This document shows positions 10,288 to 20,392 of a DNA stretch of 64,000 nt, one piece after another; the stretch's first letter is position 1; each line of letters begins with the position of its first letter. The translations under genes were made by a program, and so were the position numbers. Below the pieces are notes generated by a model. It saw only the letters and a program-made list of their open reading frames with translations. It was not told the origin of the DNA and searched no databases. Source of the DNA: Patescibacteria group bacterium (GTDB taxonomy: Bacteria; Patescibacteriota; Patescibacteriia; JAXHNJ01); assembly GCA_043812155.1 (NCBI GenBank), contig JBDRMK010000030.1, positions 8,407 through 72,406 of the forward strand, given 5' to 3'.

Positions 10288-13071
10288 ATGGCGCCAGAAA
10301 ATAAAATCAAGGAGATGAGCTTTATTTACTGCCCTGACTGCAAAGGCCAGAGTTTTTTCTTTGATGAAAATAAAAAATTTAAGCCCTGCCCCAAATGCCA
10401 GTCTTTGGGCCTGGCCGCCTATTTTCGCGGCCGTTATCTGGTCTGGCGCAAAAAAATTTCCGTCTTGCGAATTTTGGAAGAGAAAACGGAAAAAACGATC
10501 CGGGCGGTGATCAACGGCTTATTAATAATGATCGGTCTTTTGGGCCTGTTTTTAGGTTTCTGGCAATTCTACCAGCATTTCAGTCAGGGCTATCGTTTTT
10601 ATGATTTTTTGCTTTTGCGGAATACTTCGCTTTTATTTTTTTGGCTTTCTCTATTGGTTGATTTATATATTTTTTACCGCCTAGAAAAAGAAAGAGATTC
10701 TTTTCCTCATCTAGTCCGGGATTTTCCGGAAAAAACAGTACCGCCGCCGGAATCTTTGCGCTCTTTTAATGAGATATTGGAGAATAAAAGAATAACGGAA
10801 GAGGTTTCAAAATATTTAACCGGTGAATCAAATGAGGCGATAGAAAGAGGCTGGGAAATTGCCAAGCGTTTTAACCATGCCACCCTGGAGCCGATTCATA
10901 TTTTGGCGTCGGTGGTCGCGACCAAAGAAATAAAGATCATGATGGCGAGGTTAGCTTTAATGCCGAATAAATTGATCAGCCGGATCGCCGGTCTGTTAAA
11001 TAAACTCCCCAAACAAGAAGGCGGCGAGCCGATCCTCTCCGAGAACTTTAATCGGATGATTTATTTCGCCTATGAAGAAGCTTATTTGGGAAAAAGATCA
11101 GCTATCGGCGTGCCGGATCTGATCATTGCCTTAGCCCGCACCGGAACGGACGCGCAGGAAATTCTTTATGATCTGGGGATTGATTTTGATAAATTAAGAA
11201 ACGTGGTGGAGTGGCTGAATATCCAGGAGAAATTGATCCATCAATGGTCTTCTTTAAGGTCAAGAGCGATCCGCAAACCAAAAGGGGGGATAAACCGGGC
11301 CATGACGGCCATTGCCACGCCGGTCCTGGATCAGTTTTCCCGGGATCTGACTCTTTTGGCCCGGTCAGGCGCCCTGCCTCTTTGTGTCGGCCGGGAAAAA
11401 GAAATAGGGGAAGTATTCCGGGTCTTGGAATCGGGCAAGGCCAATCCATTATTAGTCGGTTTCCCGGGGACGGGCAAGACCAATATTATAGATGGGATCG
11501 CCAATCTCATGGCTTCCGAAGACGTGCCTGAAATTTTACAGGACAAGAGACTGGTTAGTTTGTCGGTGTCCGCCTTGGTTTCGGGCGCGGGCGCCATCGG
11601 CGAGCTTGAAGAAAGATTGTCCGCCATTATTGACGAGGTCATCCGTTCAGGCAATATCGTTTTATATTTTGATAATCTTCAAAATTTGGTCGGCGTGTCT
11701 TCGGGCGGGGGTAAAACCATGGATCTGTCGCAAGTGCTGGCCGAGGCTTTGCAAAAGGGATATTTTCTGGCCATCGCTTCTTCTGATCCCATATCATACG
11801 CCCAGTATATAGAACGAAGCGGCGGACTGGCCGGGGTTTTCCAGAAAGTGGAAATATTGGAGCCGGAAACAAATGAAGCGATCAGGATCCTGGAAAGCCA
11901 GGCCGGAGCGGTTGAATACCGACAAAAAGTATATTTTTCCTATGAGGCGATCGAGAAAGCGGTCACTTTATCCCAGCGTTATATTCATGACCGGTATCTG
12001 CCGGAAAAAGCGATCAGTCTTATGCAGGAAGTGGCGGTTTATGTGCGGAAAGCCCGAGGCCATGGCGCGGCTGTGACCGGCGAAGACGTGGCTCTGATCG
12101 TCTCCCAGCGGGCGAACGTCAAGGTGACCAAGATCACGGAAAAAGAAAGCGAAAAATTATTAAATCTGGAAAGCTACATCCACGAAAGAATCATCGGCCA
12201 GGAAGAAGCGGTCAAGGCGGTCGCCGGGGCTTTGAGGCGGGCGCGCGTTGACTTGCGGGATATCAATCGGCCGATCGCCAACCTCTTATTTGTCGGTCCC
12301 ACCGGCGTTGGCAAAACTGAATTAGCCAAGACCGTGGCCGAAGTTTATTTCGGCTCGGAAGAAAATATGATCCGGCTGGATATGTCGGAATACCAGGACC
12401 AGTCGTCTTTGAACCGCTTGCTTGGCGCGCCGCCGGGCTATGCCGGGGCGGGCGTCGGCGGATATCTGACGGAAAGCGTCCGGAACAATCCTTTTTCCCT
12501 GGTGCTTTTAGATGAATTGGAAAAAGCCCACCCAGATGTTTTAAATGTATTTTTACAGGTGATGGATGACGGCCGTTTAACGGATTCTTTGGGCCGGACC
12601 ATTGATTTCAGCAATGTGATATTGATCGCCACTTCCAACGCGGCCACGCCGCATATCCAAAGCCGGCTGAATGAAGGGATAAAATTGGACGTTATAAAGA
12701 AGGAGCTGATGGAAGAAATCCTTTTCCAGTTTTTCCGGCCGGAGTTCATCAACCGTTTTGATAATGTCATTCTTTTCAAGCCACTAACTTTAGAGGATAT
12801 TAAAAAAGTGGTAAAACTTCTTCTAAAGAAAGTGGAGAAAAGATTGAAAGAAAAAGGGATTGTTTTACAGGTTTCCGAGGAAATGATCCACGATTTGGCT
12901 AATTCAGGCTACGACCCTATCTACGGCGCGCGGCCTTTAAGAAGATTGATCCAGGAAACCGTGGATAACGCTTTAGCCAATTATTTACTCCAGGGGAAAT
13001 TAACCCGTAGAGACGTGGCGGTTTTGGAACCAGGCGGGACGATCAGAGTGGAAAAGGCGAGGGAGCTGTAA
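10288..13071 (+). CDS. ClpA/ClpB/ClpC-family AAA+ ATPase with N-terminal zinc finger and TM helices
   Basis: Two Walker A motifs (GFPGTGKT, GPTGVGKT), RLDMSEYQ, LLDELEKAHPDV, YGARPLRR. Confidence 0.92.
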   Translation: MAPENKIKEMSFIYCPDCKGQSFFFDENKKFKPCPKCQSLGLAAYFRGRYLVWRKKISVLRILEEKTEKTIRAVINGLLIMIGLLGLFLGFWQFYQHFSQGYRFYDFLLLRNTSLLFFWLSLLVDLYIFYRLEKERDSFPHLVRDFPEKTVPPPESLRSFNEILENKRITEEVSKYLTGESNEAIERGWEIAKRFNHATLEPIHILASVVATKEIKIMMARLALMPNKLISRIAGLLNKLPKQEGGEPILSENFNRMIYFAYEEAYLGKRSAIGVPDLIIALARTGTDAQEILYDLGIDFDKLRNVVEWLNIQEKLIHQWSSLRSRAIRKPKGGINRAMTAIATPVLDQFSRDLTLLARSGALPLCVGREKEIGEVFRVLESGKANPLLVGFPGTGKTNIIDGIANLMASEDVPEILQDKRLVSLSVSALVSGAGAIGELEERLSAIIDEVIRSGNIVLYFDNLQNLVGVSSGGGKTMDLSQVLAEALQKGYFLAIASSDPISYAQYIERSGGLAGVFQKVEILEPETNEAIRILESQAGAVEYRQKVYFSYEAIEKAVTLSQRYIHDRYLPEKAISLMQEVAVYVRKARGHGAAVTGEDVALIVSQRANVKVTKITEKESEKLLNLESYIHERIIGQEEAVKAVAGALRRARVDLRDINRPIANLLFVGPTGVGKTELAKTVAEVYFGSEENMIRLDMSEYQDQSSLNRLLGAPPGYAGAGVGGYLTESVRNNPFSLVLLDELEKAHPDVLNVFLQVMDDGRLTDSLGRTIDFSNVILIATSNAATPHIQSRLNEGIKLDVIKKELMEEILFQFFRPEFINRFDNVILFKPLTLEDIKKVVKLLLKKVEKRLKEKGIVLQVSEEMIHDLANSGYDPIYGARPLRRLIQETVDNALANYLLQGKLTRRDVAVLEPGGTIRVEKAREL

Positions 13072-13135
13072 GTTTTTGAGATATTAAGCGATTGAGATAT
13101 TGAGCGATTATTATATTTATTATTGATAAAGGCAT

Positions 13136-13495
13136 ATGAATAACGAAGACAAAAAACCAGCCGGGATATCCAGGGATAATCCGCCATTAACCTGGAGTAA
13201 TAAGGCAATATTAGGTTTTTCTACGAGTATTATTGTAATTTTTTGGTACATTTTTTCCATACTAAATGGTCAACGTAGCATAGGAAATCAAGTTATTATT
13301 ATTATTTTTGCCATTTTCTCTTTAGTAGTTAGTATATTAAGTGTCAAAGAAGTACGGAGATGTAAATATAAATTAAATATAATTTTAAGTTATATGGGTA
13401 TTCTAATAAATCTTGGTATGATATTATTTTTAGTATTGCCTTTAATGGTTTATTTTTTACTTTTCATCTTGTGTCGGGGCAAATGCAATAGTTAG
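13136..13495 (+). CDS. Low-GC three-TM membrane protein
   Basis: Hydrophobic segments, AT-rich coding sequence. Confidence 0.6.
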   Translation: MNNEDKKPAGISRDNPPLTWSNKAILGFSTSIIVIFWYIFSILNGQRSIGNQVIIIIFAIFSLVVSILSVKEVRRCKYKLNIILSYMGILINLGMILFLVLPLMVYFLLFILCRGKCNS

Positions 13496-13732
13496 CAGGA
13501 CTTTAGATAAAATTTTGGTGAATAAGGCGAAAAAGTTGTAGACTGTTCTATCGCTTTGCTCGTTCTAAAAGTTGAAATTATACGACTTTAACGAGTTGAA
13601 AGGCGATAGAACGATTTGAACGATTAAAGCGTTAATAATTGACAGAAAAAATATAAAGCGTTAAGGTAAGCTATCGGAATAAGGGTAGCTTTTTTTGGTT
13701 GTTCATTACAAAAAAGAAAGGTTGGTGGAAAG

Positions 13733-14890
13733 ATGTATTCTGCCTTAACGAGCAAAAGGGATTATTTAGTCATCCTTTTCAACGGTGAAAAGGTAAACGG
13801 CCGCAAATTGCTGGGAGCGGACTTGATACAAATAATCAATTATAGGTGGGCCGGACAATTCGCCGTGCCGCGCTGGATTGAGCGTGAAGAAGAAGGCGCA
13901 AGAGAGCTTCGCTACCAGCTGGTGTCTAATCTCTATTTGGTTTTCCGCCAAGCGGTGGAGAAAATGGCCCGCTACGGGTTTATTTTTCTTCCCGGGGAAA
14001 AGGAAAAAATGGCGGGAATAGTCCAGGCCGCTAAGGCCTGCAATCTGGCGATTATCAGCCAGCCGGGCGAGAATCCCGAGGCTTACTCGCGAGTTTTGCT
14101 GGAAAAAAGAGCGGAGATTCTTTTGCTGCTGGGCCGGGCGAAAAATCCGGTCAAGCTTGAGGCTTTAATCAAAGCCGGAGAATTAGGCACTATTTTTGAC
14201 AGCCAGGACCGGGTTAATTTGCCGGCAAAAAGAAGCCTTGCCTTGGCCATCGGGAACCGGGCAACAGAGAGGCAGAGGCAGATTGATTTTATCGTGGCTA
14301 AGATTGTCCCGCAATTATGGGCCGCCGGGACCGCTCTTGATTGGGCGGAAAGCAGCCTGGAGTCGGCCATGGCGGCGATAAAAGATCTCGGCTGGTATTT
14401 GCGCAACCACCCAAAACTTACCCGTCAGGAAAAAGAATGGGTGGTGACCCGGCTGGTCCAGGAGACCAAGGCTTTGGGGCAGGTTAACTTTCAGCCTTTC
14501 TACGTCAATTTCCGGCTGAGCGGGGCGGAAATTGAGCAAGCCTGCCGTTGTCTCCGCGAAGGCGACAACAAAAAAGCTCTTGATTATCTGCGCCGCGTTT
14601 ACTTTTCTCTGCGATACAAAAAAGTCCAGAGTGAAGTAGAGGATATCATTCTTCGAATGAGTCTTATGCTATTAAGCAAAAAGAAATTAAGTGGTGAGAG
14701 TTTGGCGGAAAGCATAAGCAAGATCCGGGACAAAGTGGCCAAGATCAATGAGGCGGGTTTTAGCCGAAGAGTGAAAAATAAAGTCCTGCCGGAATTTACC
14801 GCGGCCATTGAGGCTTTAGAGAAAGGAGAGATTAATATTGCTAAAGAAGCTCTTAAGGCTGCTTCCGAGGCAATGACCTGGTATTTATAA
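13733..14890 (+). CDS. Hypothetical alpha-helical protein
   Basis: 385-aa ORF with promoter at 13639 and terminator at about 14910-14940. Confidence 0.7.
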   Translation: MYSALTSKRDYLVILFNGEKVNGRKLLGADLIQIINYRWAGQFAVPRWIEREEEGARELRYQLVSNLYLVFRQAVEKMARYGFIFLPGEKEKMAGIVQAAKACNLAIISQPGENPEAYSRVLLEKRAEILLLLGRAKNPVKLEALIKAGELGTIFDSQDRVNLPAKRSLALAIGNRATERQRQIDFIVAKIVPQLWAAGTALDWAESSLESAMAAIKDLGWYLRNHPKLTRQEKEWVVTRLVQETKALGQVNFQPFYVNFRLSGAEIEQACRCLREGDNKKALDYLRRVYFSLRYKKVQSEVEDIILRMSLMLLSKKKLSGESLAESISKIRDKVAKINEAGFSRRVKNKVLPEFTAAIEALEKGEINIAKEALKAASEAMTWYL

Positions 14891-15043
14891 TTCATCCGTA
14901 CATTTTGACAAGCGTTCCTCCAGCGGGAACGCTTTTTTTTATTACCTTTGTCAATGGGTTTGACTTTTTTCCATAATCCGCTACTTTGATTACAGGAGGC
15001 GCCTCACCAGACAAGACAACAGGTCAGTAGGGAGTGATGAATA

Positions 15044-15232
15044 ATGGCGCGAAAATGGAAGTTGTTTCGCCAACATGAGGCCAGGAGCCAATGGGAGGCG
15101 GAGAGGACGGAGTACATTCTAAAAAGGAAGCAGCGGGAGAAAAATGCTCAAGTTGAGGAATATGATTTGGCGCCGATTAGAGCTGCCATATTCGCCGTTT
15201 TCCTTTTCCGGCAGAAACAGGGTAGGAAATGA
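15044..15232 (+). CDS. Small hypothetical protein
   Basis: GGGAG SD, terminator at about 15232-15266. Confidence 0.45.
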   Translation: MARKWKLFRQHEARSQWEAERTEYILKRKQREKNAQVEEYDLAPIRAAIFAVFLFRQKQGRK

Positions 15233-15307
15233 GCCATTAAGCGGACATACGCTTGATGGCTTTTTCTTGCTTAAAAGCTAAATTTTTACTATAATTAAGT
15301 TAAATTT

Positions 15308-16645
15308 ATGGCTAATCAGAAACAATCTATTATGGATAAATTAACTTCTCTCTGCAAAAGAAGGGGTTTTATTTTTCCTTCGTCAGAGAAATACGGCGGC
15401 CTGCAGGGTTTTTGGGACTGGGGCCCTTTGGGCGTGGAATTAAAGAATAACATTAAGAAGGCTTGGTGGAAGCGTTTTGTCCAAAGCCGGAAAGACATGG
15501 TCGGTTTGGACGCGGCCATCATCACTAATCCTAAGGTTTGGGAAATAAGCGGGCATGTGGCCGGATTTGCCGATTTATTAGTTGAATGTAAAAGATGTCA
15601 TAAAAGATTTAAGGATGAAGCGCAAAAAGCCTGTCCGGAATGCAGCGGTGATTTAACAGAAGCAAGAAAATTTAACACTATGTTTAAGACTTTTGTCGGC
15701 CCGGTGGAAGATACTAATTCGACTGCCTATCTTCGCCCGGAAACCGCCCAGAATATTTTTGTGAATTTTGAGAACATTTTAACTTCTTCCCGTGTAAAAA
15801 TTCCTTTCGGCATCGCCCAGATTGGCAAATCATTCAGAAACGAAATCACACCGGGAAATTTTATTTTCCGTTCCCGCGAATTTGAACAGATGGAAATTGA
15901 GTTTTTTGTCAATCCCAAAGAAGACGAAAAATGGTACAAATACTGGATTGAGGAATCCGAAAAATGGTTTCTGGATCTGGGGATCAAAAAAGAAAATTTA
16001 AAAAGAAGGCCGCAGGCAAAAGATGAGCTGGCCCATTACGCCAAAGCGACCACGGACCTGGAATATAATTGGCCGTTCTCCGCCCATGGCGGATCCGCCT
16101 CGGGCGGAGATAAAGGCTTTAGCGAACTTATCGGCATTGCCAATCGCACGGATTATGATTTGAAAGCCCACGGATTTAAATACAAGGATGAAAAAGGCGA
16201 ATTTATTCCTTATGTGATTGAACCTTCATTCGGCGTGGAAAGGCCGGCTTTGGCTTTTCTTCTGGACGCTTATGAAGAAATCAAAGGCGGCCGGACCACC
16301 ACGACGGAAAGTACCAAAGAAGAAGAAGTGGTTTTGCGCCTGCACAAAGACTTAGCTCCGATCAAAGTGGCGGTTCTGCCTTTATCCAAGAAAGAGCCGG
16401 TAGCCAAAGTGGCGAACGATATTTATGACACTTTACGGCCGCGTTTCATGACCGCTTATGACGAAGTCGCTTCCATTGGCCGCCGCTATCGCCGTCAGGA
16501 TGAGATCGGCACGCCGTATTGCGTGACCATTGATTTTGATTCCTTGGAAGACAAGAAGGTTACGGTTAGAGACAGAGATACGATGAAACAGGAGAGGATC
16601 GCTATTAATGATTTAGTGGCTTATTTACAGGGGAAGTTTGAATAA
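15308..16645 (+). CDS. glyQS: Glycine--tRNA ligase, alpha2 type
   Basis: LRPETAQ, FRNEITP, REFEQME, VIEPSFG, RRYRRQDEIGTP. Contains a 10-aa in-frame repeat insertion. Confidence 0.97.
   Translation: MANQKQSIMDKLTSLCKRRGFIFPSSEKYGGLQGFWDWGPLGVELKNNIKKAWWKRFVQSRKDMVGLDAAIITNPKVWEISGHVAGFADLLVECKRCHKRFKDEAQKACPECSGDLTEARKFNTMFKTFVGPVEDTNSTAYLRPETAQNIFVNFENILTSSRVKIPFGIAQIGKSFRNEITPGNFIFRSREFEQMEIEFFVNPKEDEKWYKYWIEESEKWFLDLGIKKENLKRRPQAKDELAHYAKATTDLEYNWPFSAHGGSASGGDKGFSELIGIANRTDYDLKAHGFKYKDEKGEFIPYVIEPSFGVERPALAFLLDAYEEIKGGRTTTTESTKEEEVVLRLHKDLAPIKVAVLPLSKKEPVAKVANDIYDTLRPRFMTAYDEVASIGRRYRRQDEIGTPYCVTIDFDSLEDKKVTVRDRDTMKQERIAINDLVAYLQGKFE
16079..16108. repeat. 30-bp double-hairpin element, in-frame in glyQS
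   Basis: TCCGCC-CAT-GGCGGA TCCGCC-TCG-GGCGGA, encoding SAHGGSASGG. Confidence 0.9.
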
Positions 16646-16707
16646 ATTCAAAGCACAAAGCACAAAATCCAAAACAAATTCAAAATTTAAAGCATAAAAT
16701 TCAAAAC
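16644..16707. repeat. 7-nt-period AAATYCW array
   Basis: AAATTCA AAGCACA AAGCACA AAATCCA AAAC AAATTCA AAATTTA AAGCATA AAATTCA AAAC. Confidence 0.8.
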
Positions 16708-16715
16708 CGACCACT

Positions 16716-17993
16716 TTGTATAAACTCTTAACCCTAAAAAATCAAGCCAAGCTGATATTGGCGTCGAGGCATGAGACTAAAGCTGTCACGGTTTTGGTTC
16801 TTTTTAAGGTCGGCTCCAGAAATGAGAGCCAGAAATTAAACGGCCTTTCCCATTTTCTGGAGCATATGCTTTTTAAGGGGACGAAGAGAAGACCGAATAC
16901 ACTGGCCATATCCCGCGCTTTGGACCAAGTGGGAGCGGATTACAACGCTTTTACCACCAAAGACCACACCGGTTTTTACATCAAGGTCTATCACAAAAAG
17001 ATCGAGCTGGCGATCGACATGCTTTCGGACATTCTTTTCCATTCCAAATTTTCTCCGGAAGAAATGAAAAAAGAAAAAGGAGTGATCATTGAAGAGATAA
17101 ACATGTATGAAGACAATCCTCTTCTATACATTGAAGATCTGATGGAAAGGACGCTTTTCGGCTCCGGCTCATTGGGCCGGCTTATCATCGGGCCGAGAGA
17201 AAACATCCGCGGTTTTTCCCGGGGCAGTTTGGTCAAATACCACCAGACATTTTACCAGCCAAAAAATATGCTGCTGGCGGTCGCCGGGCAGTACGAAGAA
17301 CCCCGCGTCTTGGAATTGATCAATAAATATTTCATCGGAAATAATGCCAAGGCAAGAATTCCGAAAATCAGCAAATTTAAAATCAGACAAAGAAAACCGC
17401 AGGTGACCCTGAAGTACCAAAAAACTGAGCAGGTCCAATTGGGCCTCGGGTTTCCCGCTTTTTCCTATTTTGACAAAAATCTATACTCTTTATATTTATT
17501 ATCAGTTATCTTGGGCGGCTCCATGAGCTCCCGTCTTTTCATTGAAGTGAGGGAGAAAAGAGGCTTGTGCTATTATATAAAAACCATGCCTAATGTTTAC
17601 GAGGACACAGGTCTTTTATATATTCAGGCCGGTTTGGATAAGACCAGAATTTTTGAGGCTTTGGGCGTGCTCTGGCAGGAGCTGGTAAAAATCAGAAAAC
17701 AAGGGGTGACGCCGGCGGAATTGAAACGAGCCAAGGATTTTATAAAAGGCAAGCTCGTTTTGGAACTGGAAGAGTCAAGCGAGATCGCGGCCTTCTTGGC
17801 CAAACAACAGCTAATGACGGGCAAGATTGAAAAGCCGGAAGAGAAATTTAAAAAGATAGACACGGTCACTTTAGGGTCAATTAAAAAAGCGGCCCACCTG
17901 GTCATTCAAAAGAAATTGATCAATTTAGTGGTCATCGGGCCCTTTACCCGGAAAAACGAGTTCCGCCGCTTTATTGACCAAAATCTAAAATAA
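16716..17993 (+). CDS. M16 (pitrilysin-family) zinc peptidase
   Basis: HFLEH inverted zinc motif, NAFT, SSRLF.EVREKRGL.Y. TTG start. Confidence 0.93.
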   Translation: MYKLLTLKNQAKLILASRHETKAVTVLVLFKVGSRNESQKLNGLSHFLEHMLFKGTKRRPNTLAISRALDQVGADYNAFTTKDHTGFYIKVYHKKIELAIDMLSDILFHSKFSPEEMKKEKGVIIEEINMYEDNPLLYIEDLMERTLFGSGSLGRLIIGPRENIRGFSRGSLVKYHQTFYQPKNMLLAVAGQYEEPRVLELINKYFIGNNAKARIPKISKFKIRQRKPQVTLKYQKTEQVQLGLGFPAFSYFDKNLYSLYLLSVILGGSMSSRLFIEVREKRGLCYYIKTMPNVYEDTGLLYIQAGLDKTRIFEALGVLWQELVKIRKQGVTPAELKRAKDFIKGKLVLELEESSEIAAFLAKQQLMTGKIEKPEEKFKKIDTVTLGSIKKAAHLVIQKKLINLVVIGPFTRKNEFRRFIDQNLK

Positions 17994-18008
17994 TTTTATA
18001 ATATAGGT

Positions 18009-19064
18009 ATGAACGAACGGACCCAAACAGTGAATTTTTCCATGACAAGCTTCTTAAAGCTTATTTTTGTGGTGATCGCCATCTTATTTCTTTATTACGT
18101 CAGAGACGTGATCGTCATGATTTTTGTTTCCGCGGTTTTCGCCTCGGCTTTGGCTCCTTGGGTAGACAAGTTCCACAAAAGGAATGTTCCCAGAATTGTC
18201 AGCATTATTGTTATTTACGTCGTTATCTTGGGACTTATCAGTTTGGCCATCGCTTTGATCATTCCGGCCATTTCCGGCCAGTTAAAGCAATTCGCTTCAA
18301 ATTTTCCCGATCTTTATCAAAAAGTGAGGGCCAGCTTACCGGGTGAATCAGGCCAAAGCAGCGAATTGATCAAGACGATCCAGGACAGTTTGCAAAGCAT
18401 TGTTTCTACTTTAGGTGATATTACTTCCAGTATTTTTGCCGGGCTGGCCGGCATCTTCGGCGGTTTATTTTCATTGGTCGGGATACTGGTTCTGACTTTT
18501 TACATCACTTTGATTGAAGACGGTTTTCGAAAGTTCGCTTCGGCCTTATCCCCGGCGAAATACCAGCCTTATATTATTCAGCTCACGACCCGCATTCAAA
18601 CCCGCCTGGGCTACTGGATCAAGGGCCAACTGATTTTGAGCGTGGTTATAGGCGTCGCCTGTTTTATCGGCTTAGTTATTTTACAAATTCCTTATCCGAT
18701 GGTTTTGGGTCTTATCGCCGGGATCACTGAATTCATCCCTATTGCCGGTCCGATCATCGGGGCGATACCGGCGGTTTTGATTGCCCTGACGGTTTCCCCC
18801 TGGAAAGCCATCTTTGTCGTCATCCTTTATCTTTTAATACAGCAGCTTGAAAATAACCTGCTGGTGCCGAAAGTGATGCAGAAGGTGACGGGGCTGAATC
18901 CGATTGTCGTGGTGATTGTCATGCTCTTGGGCGCGAAACTGATCGGCATTTTAGGGATCATCCTGGCCATTCCCGTGACCATCATCGGCGACGAGTTTCT
19001 GAAGGATTTCTTTAAGGAAAGAAGGGAGAAAGAGGACAGGATCGAAGGCGAAGAAATCAGCTGA
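18009..19064 (+). CDS. AI-2E family transporter
   Basis: GQL...FIPIAGPII...QQLENNLLVPKVM...GLNP, multiple TM segments. Confidence 0.92.
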   Translation: MNERTQTVNFSMTSFLKLIFVVIAILFLYYVRDVIVMIFVSAVFASALAPWVDKFHKRNVPRIVSIIVIYVVILGLISLAIALIIPAISGQLKQFASNFPDLYQKVRASLPGESGQSSELIKTIQDSLQSIVSTLGDITSSIFAGLAGIFGGLFSLVGILVLTFYITLIEDGFRKFASALSPAKYQPYIIQLTTRIQTRLGYWIKGQLILSVVIGVACFIGLVILQIPYPMVLGLIAGITEFIPIAGPIIGAIPAVLIALTVSPWKAIFVVILYLLIQQLENNLLVPKVMQKVTGLNPIVVVIVMLLGAKLIGILGIILAIPVTIIGDEFLKDFFKERREKEDRIEGEEIS

Positions 19065-19139
19065 TCACCGGAAAAATAGGCGCGTGTTTATTCAATAAAA
19101 CCCTGACTTTTCTTTTCAGGGTTTAATATTTATCATAAA

Positions 19140-19823
19140 ATGTCCCAACTATATATCGTGGCCACCCCGATCGGCCATTTAAAAGACATGACTTTTAGGG
19201 GAATAGAAGTGCTTACGGAGGTTGATTTTATCATCTGCGAGGATAAGAGGGAAACGGTAAAACTTTTAAATCATTATGAAATAAGAAAAACCCTGGTCAG
19301 TTATCATGAACATTCAAAGATCCAGAGAGTGGATGAGATTATAGACATGCTAAAGATGGGAAAATCAGCGGCTCTTGTTTCTTGCGCTGGGACGCCAGGA
19401 ATTAGCGATCCCGGCGGCCGCCTGATCAGTGAAGTGCTGGCGGTTTTAGGCGATAAGGTGAAGATCATCCCGATCCCGGGCCCTTGCGCTTTGGCGGCCG
19501 CCGCCTCAGTCTCCGGCCTGCCGTGCGACCGATTCACTTTTTTAGGCTTCCTGCCTCATAAAAAGGGGAGAGAAACCTTGTTCAAGCAAATCTCGGAAAA
19601 CAAGGAAACGACGATTTTCTACGAATCGCCTCATCGTATCATAAAAACCCTGAACAGTTTATCGGGTGTATTAGATGAAAAAAGGAAAGTGGTCATTGGC
19701 CGAGAGCTAACCAAGATGTTTGAGGAAATAATTCGGGGAAATATTAACGATATAAAAAGTTACTTTGAAAATAATCCGGATAAGGTAAGAGGGGAATTTG
19801 TGGTCTTAGTGTCTGGAAAATAA
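19140..19823 (+). CDS. rsmI: 16S rRNA (cytidine1402-2'-O)-methyltransferase
   Basis: LYIVATPIG, AGTPGISDPG, FYESPHR, RELTKMFEE. Confidence 0.95.
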   Translation: MSQLYIVATPIGHLKDMTFRGIEVLTEVDFIICEDKRETVKLLNHYEIRKTLVSYHEHSKIQRVDEIIDMLKMGKSAALVSCAGTPGISDPGGRLISEVLAVLGDKVKIIPIPGPCALAAAASVSGLPCDRFTFLGFLPHKKGRETLFKQISENKETTIFYESPHRIIKTLNSLSGVLDEKRKVVIGRELTKMFEEIIRGNINDIKSYFENNPDKVRGEFVVLVSGK

Positions 19824-19881
19824 AAAAGAGGGACCTAAAGGTCAGGTCCCCCCGGCTTCGTCCAACACTCCCCTGTTGGTG

Positions 19882-20292
19882 TTAGGCGAAGAAATGTCTT
19901 GACCCCTTGCGTTTTAAGGACAACTCCTTTCTTTTTCTCGAAGTCTTACGGAGACTTTCAAGAATCAGGTGCTCGATTTCCTCCAACTCATGGCAGATCT
20001 GCGCTTGGAAAGGTATGGTCACAGTCAGGGTAAAGAGGGGTGAAAAAAAAGGGCAATGATTTGAAAGGCTGATGATTTCGCCTCTCACTAAACGGAGCAG
20101 AAACTGCTGTGATTCTTGCGGGAGATTGAGGATCACCTCCGGTCTACCCGTAAGTAAGGCGTCTAGAGCGTCACAGCAGTGACCTTGAGCTATAGGTTTT
20201 GACAGGTACTGAGGAAGCGCTTGTTTGATGTTTCCCAACAGTTGTGCCGCTAGGCTTCCCAGTATGAATTCCGGAGAATCCATATCTGGCAT
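19882..20292 (-). CDS. Hypothetical protein
   Basis: AGGAGG SD, reverse promoter near 20365-20390, hairpin at 19830-19850. Confidence 0.55.
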   Translation of the reverse strand: MPDMDSPEFILGSLAAQLLGNIKQALPQYLSKPIAQGHCCDALDALLTGRPEVILNLPQESQQFLLRLVRGEIISLSNHCPFFSPLFTLTVTIPFQAQICHELEEIEHLILESLRKTSRKRKELSLKRKGSRHFFA

Positions 20293-20392
20293 ACTACCTC
20301 CTGATAATTAGAGAAGTTAAAGCTGGTAACAGAAAGTGTTATTAATAAAAGCTGAACGAATTATAATATCACATTATCATAAATTTGTCAAT

